From Candidatus Obscuribacteraceae bacterium (GTDB lineage Bacteria; Cyanobacteriota; Vampirovibrionia; Obscuribacterales; Obscuribacteraceae): a stretch of DNA of 64,000 nucleotides. Every line of letters starts with the position of its first letter. The stretch's first letter is position 1. The notes under the pieces are model-generated. The model saw nothing but the letters and a program-made list of their open reading frames with translations. It did not search any database and was not told where the DNA came from. The stretch lies in the NCBI GenBank assembly GCA_044229845.1, contig JBGASG010000009.1, forward strand, positions 96,001 through 160,000, given 5' to 3'. Positions 39,454 through 49,079 of this stretch are shown piece after piece. Both the position numbers and the translations under genes were made by a program.

Positions 39454-42348
39454 ATGGCTCGTCAGGTCTTTATGAACTCTGCAATCCGACGTTTTCGTCC
39501 CACCAAACTGAGCGGGCTGTTTTTGCTGGCGATGCTGGCAGCGCCGGCTGCAGTTGCCGCTCCGCCTGGCTTCGACCAGCACATGCAAAACGCGCTCCAG
39601 GCGATTGCCAAAAAGGACGCCGCCCTGGCTGACAAAGAAGTGGAGGCTGCCGAAAAGGCGCTGGGTCCGACCAAGCCGGCAGACGAGTATTCCCAGCTCT
39701 TGCTGCAACGCGGATTAATTCGTGTAGCCTCTGGTCGACCAAAGGAAGCGGTCCCTTTCTATACGCAGTCTATAAACACCCTCATAAAGGCATTTGGACC
39801 AAAGAGCAGCAAGCTGGGAATTCCGTACGCCATGAGAGGGCTTGCCTACTGCGACAGCGACGGTTACAAGGAAGCCGCCGAAGACCTGGCCAGCTCGTTT
39901 GCCCTGATGCAGCCAGACAAGAGCAACCAGGCGCCGATATATCTGCGCGAGCTGGCAAGTCGGGTGACCCCAATCAGAATAAAACTTGGTGGCGGTCCAT
40001 TAATCATGCCGATGCTGGTCAATGGCATCGCCGCCATGGACCGCTGCGGATTGGGAACCGCCCGAGAAACTGGTTCTCTGATCACGATGCTGGGTGATAC
40101 TTACAAAGCTGAAGGGAAAATCCAGGAGGCTGAAGCGAAGTTTCGCAAAGCGATTGAAATTTTTGCCGCTGCCAAGGCAGACGACGACGAATTAAGTCTG
40201 CGACTGGCCCTTGCCGCCCTCTACGAGGATCAGGGGCGATTCGCCGATGCGGACGAACAGATCAAACCAGCGCTGGCGATTGCTGATCGTGTGTTTGGAG
40301 CTAAAAGCACTCAAGCAGCCAAGGTGCTCGAGCGCCAGGGCATTTTATATTGCAGCTGGGGCAAAGTAACCGAGGGCGAAGCGAAACTAAAGAAAGCACT
40401 GGTGGTGCTTGAAAAAGATCCTAACAACCCTGAGCAGATGTTCTGTTGGATGGGACTGAGCTCGGCCGCGCAGTCTCGCGGCGACCTGGCTGAAGCGGAA
40501 AATGCCATGAAGCAGGCGTTCGCCTTTGCAGAGAAATCGACCAACATTCTTCCTGAAGATGCAAGCACTGTCGATAACGCCATGGCCGATGTGCTGATAG
40601 CGCGCAATAAGTATGTTGAGGCCGAGGCGGTGCTCAACAAGTCGCTGCAAACGGCGCAGAAGGTAGCCGCCGAGAGCCCGCTGGTGGCAGATGCCTATGC
40701 GTCGCTCGCCAAATTGAATTTGTCGCAGGGCAAATACAAGGAAGCCGAAGACTACATCATGAAAGCCCTGATTATGCGGCGCAATCTTTTTGGCGACATC
40801 AATCGTCTGGTGGCGCGAGACTTGCGTCGCGGGGCTTTGATCTATGACGATCAGAAACTGTTTACCAAATCAGCCCCCTGTTATGACCTGTCGCTGCAGA
40901 TTCTCAACAAAGTCGCGCCCGAAAATGATTTCGATAAAATCAGACTCTTAGAATGCTGGGGGCTGAGCGAAAACGCGCAAGCCAAATATTCCGACGCCGA
41001 GAAACGCATGCTGCAAGCCGCTGCAATGGCGGAGGTCGTGTTCGGCAAAGACTCTCGCGAATCGCTTTCTTATGTAGAGCTACTGGGAAAGAACGACTTT
41101 GACGCTGGTAAGTATGAGCAGGCAGAAACTCGCCTGCTGCAAGTGCTGACGAAACTGGAAAAACTTGACGGACCTACTTCTCCGTCGCTGGGCAGCGTGC
41201 TCACTCACCTGTTGCACACCTACAACGAAATGGGCAACGCCACCATGGCGCAGGAGATACAGGCGCGCCTCGACAAGATCAAGGGCGCCCTGCCTGGTGC
41301 ACCGCCGGCGGTGGTGAAAGCCAATCCGGTCATTACTGATGTGGCCGAGATGCCAAAATCCGGCAAGCCTGTGGCAAACAAGTGGGCTGTCGTGATTGGT
41401 ATCAGCAACTTCCGCGACTCCTCAATCAACCTGAAGTATGGAGCAAAAGATGCGAAAGACTTCGCCAATTTTCTGGTCGCTGAGCAAAACTTCAAACCTG
41501 AGAACGTCAAACTGCTGATTGACGAGAATGCCAATCGCATGAACATCGCCGATGCCCTTGGCGAAGGCTTTCTGGTCCGAAACGCGCGGGAAGACGACCT
41601 GGTAGTGATTTTCGTTTCCAGCCATGGTGGCGCCGATATCACCAAGTCGTCAGGAAGAAACTTTTTGTGCTCCTATGAATCAAACGCGCAAAATCTTCTT
41701 ATGACCGGCATCACGATGGAATGGTTCTCCCAGTATCTGACCGACCGCGTTCCGGCTCAGCGCGTGGTTGTCTTCCTTGATGTCTGTCACAGCGGCGCGA
41801 TCACCGGCGACAAAGGATTGACTCGCGAGCAGCAGAGCTTCGATGTTTTGAGCAGTGCACCGGGGCGCGGACAGATCTTTATCGCCTCCAGTTTGTCCAG
41901 CCAGCTTTCGTGGGAGTCGAAGCGCTACGAAAATGGCGTGTTCACGCATTCACTAATGGATGCCCTGCGCGCCAACGGGCGGCAGACAAAGTTGAGCGAA
42001 GCTTTCGACCGGTTGCGTAAGCAAGTCGAAGACGAGGTCCTCTCCGACCGCCAACAAATGCAAACGCCGCTCATGAAGCGAACCTGGAACGGCGATGACC
42101 TACGCCTTTCCGAAGCCTCCGGTACGATGCTCGTCAACACGGGGGCGGCGTCACCATCGGCCCAGCCAGTCATCCCCACGGCCATGCCGGCGTCCAATAC
42201 CGCCGCACCTGTGCCCAATGCCAATCTAATTTTTCAACCCTCCGCGTCCTCTCAGCCAACGGCTGTCCAGGCTCCGGTGCGCCGATTGCCAGCCCGGGCG
42301 CCCGTTCTTAAGGTGCCGCCGGTGCCCGGCAGCCAGGACGATTTCTAA
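39454..42348 (+). CDS. Secreted TPR + caspase-like (peptidase C14) protein
   Basis: Many TPR repeats; KWAVVIGIS, SSHG, LDVCHSG His/Cys dyad, NGVFT, QTP. Confidence 0.88.
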   Translation: MARQVFMNSAIRRFRPTKLSGLFLLAMLAAPAAVAAPPGFDQHMQNALQAIAKKDAALADKEVEAAEKALGPTKPADEYSQLLLQRGLIRVASGRPKEAVPFYTQSINTLIKAFGPKSSKLGIPYAMRGLAYCDSDGYKEAAEDLASSFALMQPDKSNQAPIYLRELASRVTPIRIKLGGGPLIMPMLVNGIAAMDRCGLGTARETGSLITMLGDTYKAEGKIQEAEAKFRKAIEIFAAAKADDDELSLRLALAALYEDQGRFADADEQIKPALAIADRVFGAKSTQAAKVLERQGILYCSWGKVTEGEAKLKKALVVLEKDPNNPEQMFCWMGLSSAAQSRGDLAEAENAMKQAFAFAEKSTNILPEDASTVDNAMADVLIARNKYVEAEAVLNKSLQTAQKVAAESPLVADAYASLAKLNLSQGKYKEAEDYIMKALIMRRNLFGDINRLVARDLRRGALIYDDQKLFTKSAPCYDLSLQILNKVAPENDFDKIRLLECWGLSENAQAKYSDAEKRMLQAAAMAEVVFGKDSRESLSYVELLGKNDFDAGKYEQAETRLLQVLTKLEKLDGPTSPSLGSVLTHLLHTYNEMGNATMAQEIQARLDKIKGALPGAPPAVVKANPVITDVAEMPKSGKPVANKWAVVIGISNFRDSSINLKYGAKDAKDFANFLVAEQNFKPENVKLLIDENANRMNIADALGEGFLVRNAREDDLVVIFVSSHGGADITKSSGRNFLCSYESNAQNLLMTGITMEWFSQYLTDRVPAQRVVVFLDVCHSGAITGDKGLTREQQSFDVLSSAPGRGQIFIASSLSSQLSWESKRYENGVFTHSLMDALRANGRQTKLSEAFDRLRKQVEDEVLSDRQQMQTPLMKRTWNGDDLRLSEASGTMLVNTGAASPSAQPVIPTAMPASNTAAPVPNANLIFQPSASSQPTAVQAPVRRLPARAPVLKVPPVPGSQDDF

Positions 42349-42369
42349 ATTTAAAGCGTCTCCCAAGTT

Positions 42370-42413
42370 TCTCCACATTTTTCATCGTCGCTCCACCAGC
42401 TCTCCCTAGGATG
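42370..42413 (+). promoter_or_regulatory. Putative response-regulator box plus -10 element
   Basis: TCTCCACATTT ... CTCCAC ... CCTAGGATG upstream of the PqqD-like gene. Confidence 0.65.
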
Positions 42414-42453
42414 TACGGTGTGGCGGTCGAATGCCGCCTGCAGGAGAAGGGAT

Positions 42454-42726
42454 ATGCAGCAAAAAGTAAATGACGTGCTGAGCAGAATAAACGTCGGCGA
42501 GCGGCTGTCCAAGCTGGCTGTCAGTTCGACGGGCTTCGTTTTCGACCCGCAAACCGGACAGAGTTTCACACTGAACCACAGCGGTCTCACCGCCCTTGAT
42601 GCTTTGAAGCGCACCGCGTCCACCGAGTATGCGGCTCGAGCGTTAGCCGATACCTACAAGATTCCGCTGGAGATAGCCGAGACCAGTCTCGACGCGTTTC
42701 TGGTGCAACTGGGGAGATATCTTTAA
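42454..42726 (+). CDS. PqqD family / RRE-fold peptide-binding protein
   Basis: 90 aa; GFVFDPQTGQSFTLNHSG strands followed by three helices ending LDAFLVQL; AGGAG RBS. Confidence 0.85.
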   Translation: MQQKVNDVLSRINVGERLSKLAVSSTGFVFDPQTGQSFTLNHSGLTALDALKRTASTEYAARALADTYKIPLEIAETSLDAFLVQLGRYL

Positions 42727-43845
42727 ATGACGACGACAATCAATATTAATCGCACGTGGAAGCATTTCAATGTAGCCATAACCGGAGTCAATGCCAGAGC
42801 CGACAGTCCCGGTCCGGGGTGCGCAGTTGCCCGCTGTATCAGAGAGCACCGCGCGTTTCGCGGGAGAGTGATCGGTCTGGGCTATGATGTACTCGATGCC
42901 GGACTGTACGCCAGAGATCTCTGCCACGCAGGCTATCTGGTGCCTTACCCCTCCGCCGGGCAGGAAGCATTACTCGAGCGCATCAAAGACATACATGCGC
43001 GCGAGGGTCTCGATGTAATCATTCCCTGTCTGGATGCCGAAATCCAGAACTTCATCGGCATCAGACCGGAACTTACCCGCATGGGCATCCAAATGCTGAT
43101 TCCCAGCCGCGATCAATTTATGCTGCGCGCCAAGGATCATCTTGATGCCTTCTGCAAATCGATCGGAGTGCTCGCTCCCGAGAGTCGCACACTAACAGAT
43201 CCGCAATTCTTCGACACCTGTGAGAGCGATGGATGGCAATATCCCTTGATCATCAAAGGCATCTTTTATGATGCAACGGTGGCATACAGCGCCGTTGACG
43301 CCAAGGCGATCTTCCACCGCATGGTTCATTCCTGGGGCTATCCGGTGCTGGTGCAGAAGATCATTCCCGGCGATGAATTTGACCTGGCTGGCATAGGGGA
43401 TGGTAACGGTGCGCTGATCGGCGCAGTAACGATGCGCAAGCGCGCCCTTACTGAAAAAGGAAAGGCGTGGGCGGGGGTAACTGTTGTAGACGAGGCGATT
43501 GCGGAGGTGGCGGAAAAACTGGTTCGCGCTCTCAGTTGGCGCGGACCGCTGGAAGTAGAAGTGATGAAAGGAGAAGACGGAAAGATATATTTGATAGAGA
43601 TAAATCCGCGTTTTCCTGCCTGGATCTATTTAAGTCATGCTGCTGGAAGAAACCTGCCGGTGGCGCTGCTCAAAGTTCTATCCGGCGACGAAAATCTCGA
43701 ATTGGCAAAACCGAACACCGGCACATTTTTCATCCGCTACGCACAGGAAATTATTGTGCAGCTGCCGGAATTTGAATCGATGTTTGTCGATGGTTTTTCT
43801 GCGCCCGAAAATGACGCGCTGACGGCGACAACCCGATCTGCGTAA
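42727..43845 (+). CDS. ATP-grasp carboxylate-amine ligase (CPSase-like)
   Basis: IIPCLDAE, YPLIIKG, LVQKII, GPLEVE, LIEINPRF; abuts the PqqD stop codon. Confidence 0.9.
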   Translation: MTTTININRTWKHFNVAITGVNARADSPGPGCAVARCIREHRAFRGRVIGLGYDVLDAGLYARDLCHAGYLVPYPSAGQEALLERIKDIHAREGLDVIIPCLDAEIQNFIGIRPELTRMGIQMLIPSRDQFMLRAKDHLDAFCKSIGVLAPESRTLTDPQFFDTCESDGWQYPLIIKGIFYDATVAYSAVDAKAIFHRMVHSWGYPVLVQKIIPGDEFDLAGIGDGNGALIGAVTMRKRALTEKGKAWAGVTVVDEAIAEVAEKLVRALSWRGPLEVEVMKGEDGKIYLIEINPRFPAWIYLSHAAGRNLPVALLKVLSGDENLELAKPNTGTFFIRYAQEIIVQLPEFESMFVDGFSAPENDALTATTRSA

Positions 43846-43907
43846 GCGCTCGGATCGAACACGCGAAAAACATCAGCTGATCGCGTGCCTGCGTTGGGGA
43901 GGATTGT

Positions 43908-45362
43908 ATGAGTATCGAACCTGTTACCACCACTTGGGAACCGCCGTATATTCAGCCGCACCGCATCGGTGCCGCCAATAAGTTCGGCAACCGCACCGTG
44001 AGAGATGACGTGACGCACAATGTATTTGGACTGCCGATCAATGATTTGATCGAGCGTTTTGGCTCGCCGCTGTTCGTCACTTCAGAACACCAGTTGCGGG
44101 CAAATGTGCGCCGCATCACGCGAGCTTTCGAACGTCGATACAGCCCGGTTGTGCACGGCTGGTCCTACAAGACCAACTATATCAGTGCCATCTGCAACAT
44201 CCTGCATCAGGAGGGCTCGTGGGCCGAGGTGGTCTCGGCTTTCGAGTATGAAAAAGCGAGAGCTCTGGGTATGCCTGGACATCGCATTATTTTCAACGGA
44301 CCAAATAAGGGGCGAGCGATCTTAGAACGTGCCATCGCCGAAGGTGCGCACATTCACATAGATCACATGGACGAGCTAAAACTGATCGAAGCCATCGCCG
44401 AAGAGCAGGATCGCATCGTGCAGGTGGCGCTGAGGCTGAATTTCGATACCGGTTATACGGAGCCGTGGAGCCGCTTTGGCTTTAACGTCGAAAATGGACA
44501 GGCCCATCAGGCCGCTAAGATGATCGCGCTCAGTCCGCATCTGCGACTCAACGGATTGCACAGCCATATCGGCACCTTCGTCCGCGAACCGCGAGCATAC
44601 GCCGAGCAAGTGAGGGTGATGTGCGCGTTCATGCGCGAACTGGAAACCTCGCAGCACATAACTATCGAAAATATCGATATTGGCGGCGGGCTGCCCTCGC
44701 GCAATGCCTTGCAAGGAGTCTATCTTCCTCCCGAACAGGCTATCCCCGACCTCAATGAATACGCCGATGCCATTTGCGATGCACTCGTCGAACGCACCGC
44801 ATATCGCAAAGAATTGAACAAGCCATTGCCGCGTTTGATTTTTGAAAGCGGACGGGCCGTAGTTGATGATGCGCAAGTTTTGATTGCGACAGTCGCCGGC
44901 ACGAAACGACTGCCTGACGGCCGTCGCGCCGCCATACTGAATGCCGGCACCAACTTGATGTTCACCGCCTACTGGTACAACCATCAGATCAAGATAACTC
45001 GCGAACCGACAGGCAGCTACGAAGATACAGTGCTCTACGGACCGTTGTGTATGAATATCGATGTGGTGCGCCACAGCGTCTACCTGCCGCCGCTGAACGC
45101 CGGCGATCACCTGGTAATCAGTCCGGTCGGTGCCTACAACAATACGCAGTGGTTGCAATTCATCGAGTATCGACCAAATGTGGTGCTGGTCCAGGAGGGC
45201 GGTGAGTGTTCCGTCATTCGTCGCGCCGAAAATCTGGAATCGATGATGTCCCACGACGAACTGCCTGAGCGGCTGCGCGACCCATTCGCCAACCTGAGCA
45301 CCAGTGACATGCAGCAGATGCGCACGTGCTCCGACTTGCGCGGCGCCAGAGAAAGAATTTAG
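43908..45362 (+). CDS. Fold-type-III PLP enzyme (diaminopimelate decarboxylase-like)
   Basis: GSPLFV, SYKTN (PLP lysine), FNGP, LHSHIG, DIGGG, ESGR, GPLCMNID, GAY. Confidence 0.9.
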   Translation: MSIEPVTTTWEPPYIQPHRIGAANKFGNRTVRDDVTHNVFGLPINDLIERFGSPLFVTSEHQLRANVRRITRAFERRYSPVVHGWSYKTNYISAICNILHQEGSWAEVVSAFEYEKARALGMPGHRIIFNGPNKGRAILERAIAEGAHIHIDHMDELKLIEAIAEEQDRIVQVALRLNFDTGYTEPWSRFGFNVENGQAHQAAKMIALSPHLRLNGLHSHIGTFVREPRAYAEQVRVMCAFMRELETSQHITIENIDIGGGLPSRNALQGVYLPPEQAIPDLNEYADAICDALVERTAYRKELNKPLPRLIFESGRAVVDDAQVLIATVAGTKRLPDGRRAAILNAGTNLMFTAYWYNHQIKITREPTGSYEDTVLYGPLCMNIDVVRHSVYLPPLNAGDHLVISPVGAYNNTQWLQFIEYRPNVVLVQEGGECSVIRRAENLESMMSHDELPERLRDPFANLSTSDMQQMRTCSDLRGARERI

Positions 45363-45378
45363 TTGCGAGGTCGATGAT

Positions 45379-47526
45379 ATGTTAAACCGGTTACTCGAAG
45401 GGTATGGTTCGTTTTTTGCACTCAACCATCCCGCCTCAAAATTTTTGATCTTCATTGCCGCTATGCTGCAGCCGCTCTCTGGGCTATTCGGTCTGGTCGG
45501 AGGCTTGAGTGTGATACTGGCCCGCAAGCTGCTCAACTTCCAATCCGAGACAGAACGAATTGAGACTGTCAACGGCATTCTTCTGGGCATGTTGATTGGT
45601 TCACTGTACGCGCCTGACTATCGCACCGTGCTTCTCACCATGTGTGGTGGCGCCCTGGTGGTTTTGACCAGCGCCATTCTGACCGAAACCCTGGCCCGCC
45701 AGTATCGGCTGCCATTGCTAGGACTTCCCTATGGGCTCGCCGCATACATTCTCTTGCCGGTGGCCGCTAACCTGCGACTCGATCCAGCCATGCCGGCATA
45801 CACATACTCTCTGCCCATGCTGCCGATTCAGGCCTTTCTCTGGCTGTATCCCATGGGCGCTATGTATTTCAACGGCACCACAATCGGGGGACTCCTGGTG
45901 CTCACCGCATTCGCTATATCTTCTCGGTATCTTGCCATCATCGCCGTCGGCAGTTCGATTCTCTGCTGCGCGTTCCTTGAGATATTGGCCGTGCCGTCCA
46001 ATACGACACTATTTATGGTGGCACAAATGAACGGTGTCCTCAGCGCTTGCATTATCGGTGGGCTGTGTGCAACGCCCGGCAAACGCAGCCTGCTGGTAGC
46101 AGTATCAGCAGCTGCGTGCGCCTGTGTCCTTTCTTTGTGCCTGTCGCGGTTGCTCTGGGTTTTCGGGCTGCCGGTATTGGCGCTGCCGTTTGTGATTTCA
46201 ACCTACGCCTGTATGCTTTCGCTCAACCCCGGTCGTGGGAAAGCGTGGACTTATTTCTGGTTGCCCGCGCCGGCGCTGCCTGAACGCAGCATGGAGCAGA
46301 TAGAAACGGCCAAGGCTCGCGGTGTCGATGTGCGGAGCATAGCTCTGAAACCGCCGTTCGACGGTGAGTGGCAAATCTACCAGGGCTTCGGCGGCAAACA
46401 CACGCACACCGGCAACTGGCAGTATGCCCTCGATTTCTTTCAGACTCAGGAAGAACGCAGCTTCTGGACAGATGGACGCCTGCTTTGCGATTACTATGCA
46501 TTCGGCAAACCGGTACTGGCACCAGCGTATGGCACCGTCATCGATTGCCGCAACGACTTACCTGATAATCCACCAGGCGAGGTCGATGCCGTCAACAACT
46601 GGGGCAACTTCATCTTGATTCAGTTGGATTTTGGTCCATGTGTACTGCTCGCTCACCTGCAGAAAAGTTCTCTCAAAGTAGCACCGTACGCCCGCGTACA
46701 TCCCGGACAGGTAATTGCATCGGTCGGCAACTCCGGCCGGTCGCCGCAGCCCCACTTGCATGTGCATGTGCAGGAGACGGCAATTATTGGAAGCAAAACA
46801 CTGCCATTTCATCTGACGTCGGTGACGACCGTTGCCAGTGACGCACCAACCGACACGCGAAATACATTCAGTTTGCGTGCTTGCCCTAAAGAAGGCGATA
46901 CGATTGCAACGCCGCGCCGGAATCCCGCAATTAAGCGTGCTTTGCGACTGATCGTCGGAACCCAGTTTCAATTTGAAGTGGCGCAGGCAAACGCCCCGAC
47001 CGCCGTGTCGCGCCTCGAGGTCAAGCTGGACATCTATGGACAGTTCTGGCTCGAGAGCGCGACAGGCGCCAGGGTGGCTTTTGTTTGCAACGATGATTTC
47101 GTTGCCTTTTACAACCGTACTGGTCCCAAAGACATGCTTCTGGACGCATTGATCCTCAATATCGGATTGACTCCTTTTTGCGAAGGCGGTCTGGAGTGGA
47201 CCGATGTGGCATCGCGGCGCTTACTGCCCATGAATAGTTTCACCCGACTGGCACACGCCCTCTGGCATCCTTTGAAAGCCTGCGCTCTGGGCAAATTTCA
47301 ACGCACTTGGGATCCTCTGACGCAGCTCTGGCATCAAACCTGCGAATACAGTTTAGGAGGCGACAAGTGGCGCACTCATGCGAAACTATGCGAGGCGAAC
47401 GGACTCGTTTGCGTCTCGCTGTTCAAAAAGGGAGCACCGTTGCTTACAGCAAGATTGATCGGTTACGGCATTCGCGAAGACTATGGAATTCCGGAGCAGC
47501 AAACATCTCTGTTGGCAGCCGTCTGA
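45379..47526 (+). CDS. Urea-transporter-like membrane domain fused to M23 metallopeptidase
   Basis: About 10 TM segments with NG..LP..LP[YF] repeats; HTGNWQYALDF, WGNFI, LAHL, GNSGRSPQPHLH. Confidence 0.85.
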   Translation: MLNRLLEGYGSFFALNHPASKFLIFIAAMLQPLSGLFGLVGGLSVILARKLLNFQSETERIETVNGILLGMLIGSLYAPDYRTVLLTMCGGALVVLTSAILTETLARQYRLPLLGLPYGLAAYILLPVAANLRLDPAMPAYTYSLPMLPIQAFLWLYPMGAMYFNGTTIGGLLVLTAFAISSRYLAIIAVGSSILCCAFLEILAVPSNTTLFMVAQMNGVLSACIIGGLCATPGKRSLLVAVSAAACACVLSLCLSRLLWVFGLPVLALPFVISTYACMLSLNPGRGKAWTYFWLPAPALPERSMEQIETAKARGVDVRSIALKPPFDGEWQIYQGFGGKHTHTGNWQYALDFFQTQEERSFWTDGRLLCDYYAFGKPVLAPAYGTVIDCRNDLPDNPPGEVDAVNNWGNFILIQLDFGPCVLLAHLQKSSLKVAPYARVHPGQVIASVGNSGRSPQPHLHVHVQETAIIGSKTLPFHLTSVTTVASDAPTDTRNTFSLRACPKEGDTIATPRRNPAIKRALRLIVGTQFQFEVAQANAPTAVSRLEVKLDIYGQFWLESATGARVAFVCNDDFVAFYNRTGPKDMLLDALILNIGLTPFCEGGLEWTDVASRRLLPMNSFTRLAHALWHPLKACALGKFQRTWDPLTQLWHQTCEYSLGGDKWRTHAKLCEANGLVCVSLFKKGAPLLTARLIGYGIREDYGIPEQQTSLLAAV

Positions 47527-47546
47527 GGAGCAATAAAGCTCGATCG

Positions 47547-49079
47547 ATGAAGCTCAATATCGCGCACAAGTTGATGATGATTATGATGCTGACCACCGGA
47601 ATTGTGGTCGGGCTGATCTTCGGATTGACGCGCTTCAGCATCCTCAGCGGCTTCACCAACTATGTTGAGCGCGTTGAACTGTCGACTCTCAGCACCTTTG
47701 CCGGCAATCTTGCCCGCCGGTATGAGCGAGGAGGCAACAGCTGGGATTTTGCACGAAACGACGAGTCGCAAATCTGGTGGATACTGGGCGCCAGCGAGAT
47801 GAGCGATCTGCATCACAATGTTCCGCCACCGCCGGGGGAGCTACCAAACCCTCATCCCCCGCCTGGCAGCGGTCCGCCGCTCGAGGCACCGGGCGGCGGA
47901 CCACCCTTCTTGCAATTTTTGGGTGCGCCGCCGGGCACCAAACCCGGCACCATGCCACCATCGTTTCCTGAACATCGAATGGCTTTCTTTCGCCGCATTG
48001 GTCTTTTCGACCAGAGCGGCAAAATAGTCTGGGGCAACCTGGCCTCCAGAAACAGCAAACAGATGCTGGCCCTGACCGCCGGCGGCAAACAGATCGGGTA
48101 CCTGAAACTGGTGCCTAACGATTTGATGTCTAAAGATATCGAGGGACAGTTCATTGCCGAGCAGAGCCGCAACCTGTTGATCGTCAGCGCCGTGGCGTTT
48201 CTTGCCGCAGTTGGAGCTGCATTTTTGCTCTCTCACGATCTGGTGCGAGCCATAAACACTCTCGTGCAGGGTACCCGCAAACTGTCGACCGGCAATTTCG
48301 AGACCCGCATTTCACTCAATCGCGGCGACGAACTCGGTGAGCTTGCCGAAGACTTCAACAGCCTGGCCAACACGCTGCAGCAGCAGGACACTGCCAAGAA
48401 ACAGTGGATCACCGACACGTCGCATGAACTGCGCACTCCGATCGCTATATTGCGCGCGCAGGTGGAAGCGTTTCAAGATGGTGTGCAACAAGTAAATCCT
48501 CGCACCCTGGAAATATTGCACAGCGAAATCATCACGCTGGGAAAACTGGTTGATGATCTGCATGACCTGGCGCGCTCTGATCTCGGACAGCTGCGTTATG
48601 ATTTCGTGCCGGTCGATGTAGGGGTGGTTTTGCTGGATACGGTGGAAGCTTTCAATGAACGTTTCGCCAGCAAGAAGATCAAGCTGGATGCCAGTGCCGT
48701 CGCCGACTTGCATTGCATCGTGGAAGCGGATAGCACGCGGCTGACACAGGTGTTTTCCAATCTATTGGAGAACTCGCTACGATACACAAATGAAAACGGC
48801 GGTGTTAAGATCTCGTCCATGCAATTGCCGGGCGAGTTGGCTATCTATTTCGACGATTCTGAACCCGGTGTGTCGGCGCAGTCAATCTCACAGATTTTCG
48901 ATCGGTTCTATCGCAGCGAAAGTTCACGCAATCGCAAGCATGGTGGTGCCGGGTTGGGGCTGCCGATCTGCAAAGCTGTCATTGAAGCGCATCATGGTAC
49001 CCTGACCTCGACCCGCTCTCAAATGGGCGGTCTGCGCATCACTATCCGCCTGCCGTTGAAGGAGCTGTCCAAATGGTAG
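47547..49079 (+). CDS. Sensor histidine kinase (BaeS-like, HAMP domain)
   Basis: Two TM segments, DELGELA, SHELRTP, NLLENSLRYT, FDRFYR, GAGLGL. Confidence 0.93.
   Translation: MKLNIAHKLMMIMMLTTGIVVGLIFGLTRFSILSGFTNYVERVELSTLSTFAGNLARRYERGGNSWDFARNDESQIWWILGASEMSDLHHNVPPPPGELPNPHPPPGSGPPLEAPGGGPPFLQFLGAPPGTKPGTMPPSFPEHRMAFFRRIGLFDQSGKIVWGNLASRNSKQMLALTAGGKQIGYLKLVPNDLMSKDIEGQFIAEQSRNLLIVSAVAFLAAVGAAFLLSHDLVRAINTLVQGTRKLSTGNFETRISLNRGDELGELAEDFNSLANTLQQQDTAKKQWITDTSHELRTPIAILRAQVEAFQDGVQQVNPRTLEILHSEIITLGKLVDDLHDLARSDLGQLRYDFVPVDVGVVLLDTVEAFNERFASKKIKLDASAVADLHCIVEADSTRLTQVFSNLLENSLRYTNENGGVKISSMQLPGELAIYFDDSEPGVSAQSISQIFDRFYRSESSRNRKHGGAGLGLPICKAVIEAHHGTLTSTRSQMGGLRITIRLPLKELSKW

Noticed and set aside
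43908..45362. lysA symbol
   Set aside because: The fold is clear but the substrate is not; the operon context suggests a specialised role.
44376..45590. Long antisense ORFs (404 aa here; also 20012..20905, 32283..33149, 59951..60943)
   Set aside because: Shadows of well-supported genes on the opposite strand, with no recognisable motifs.
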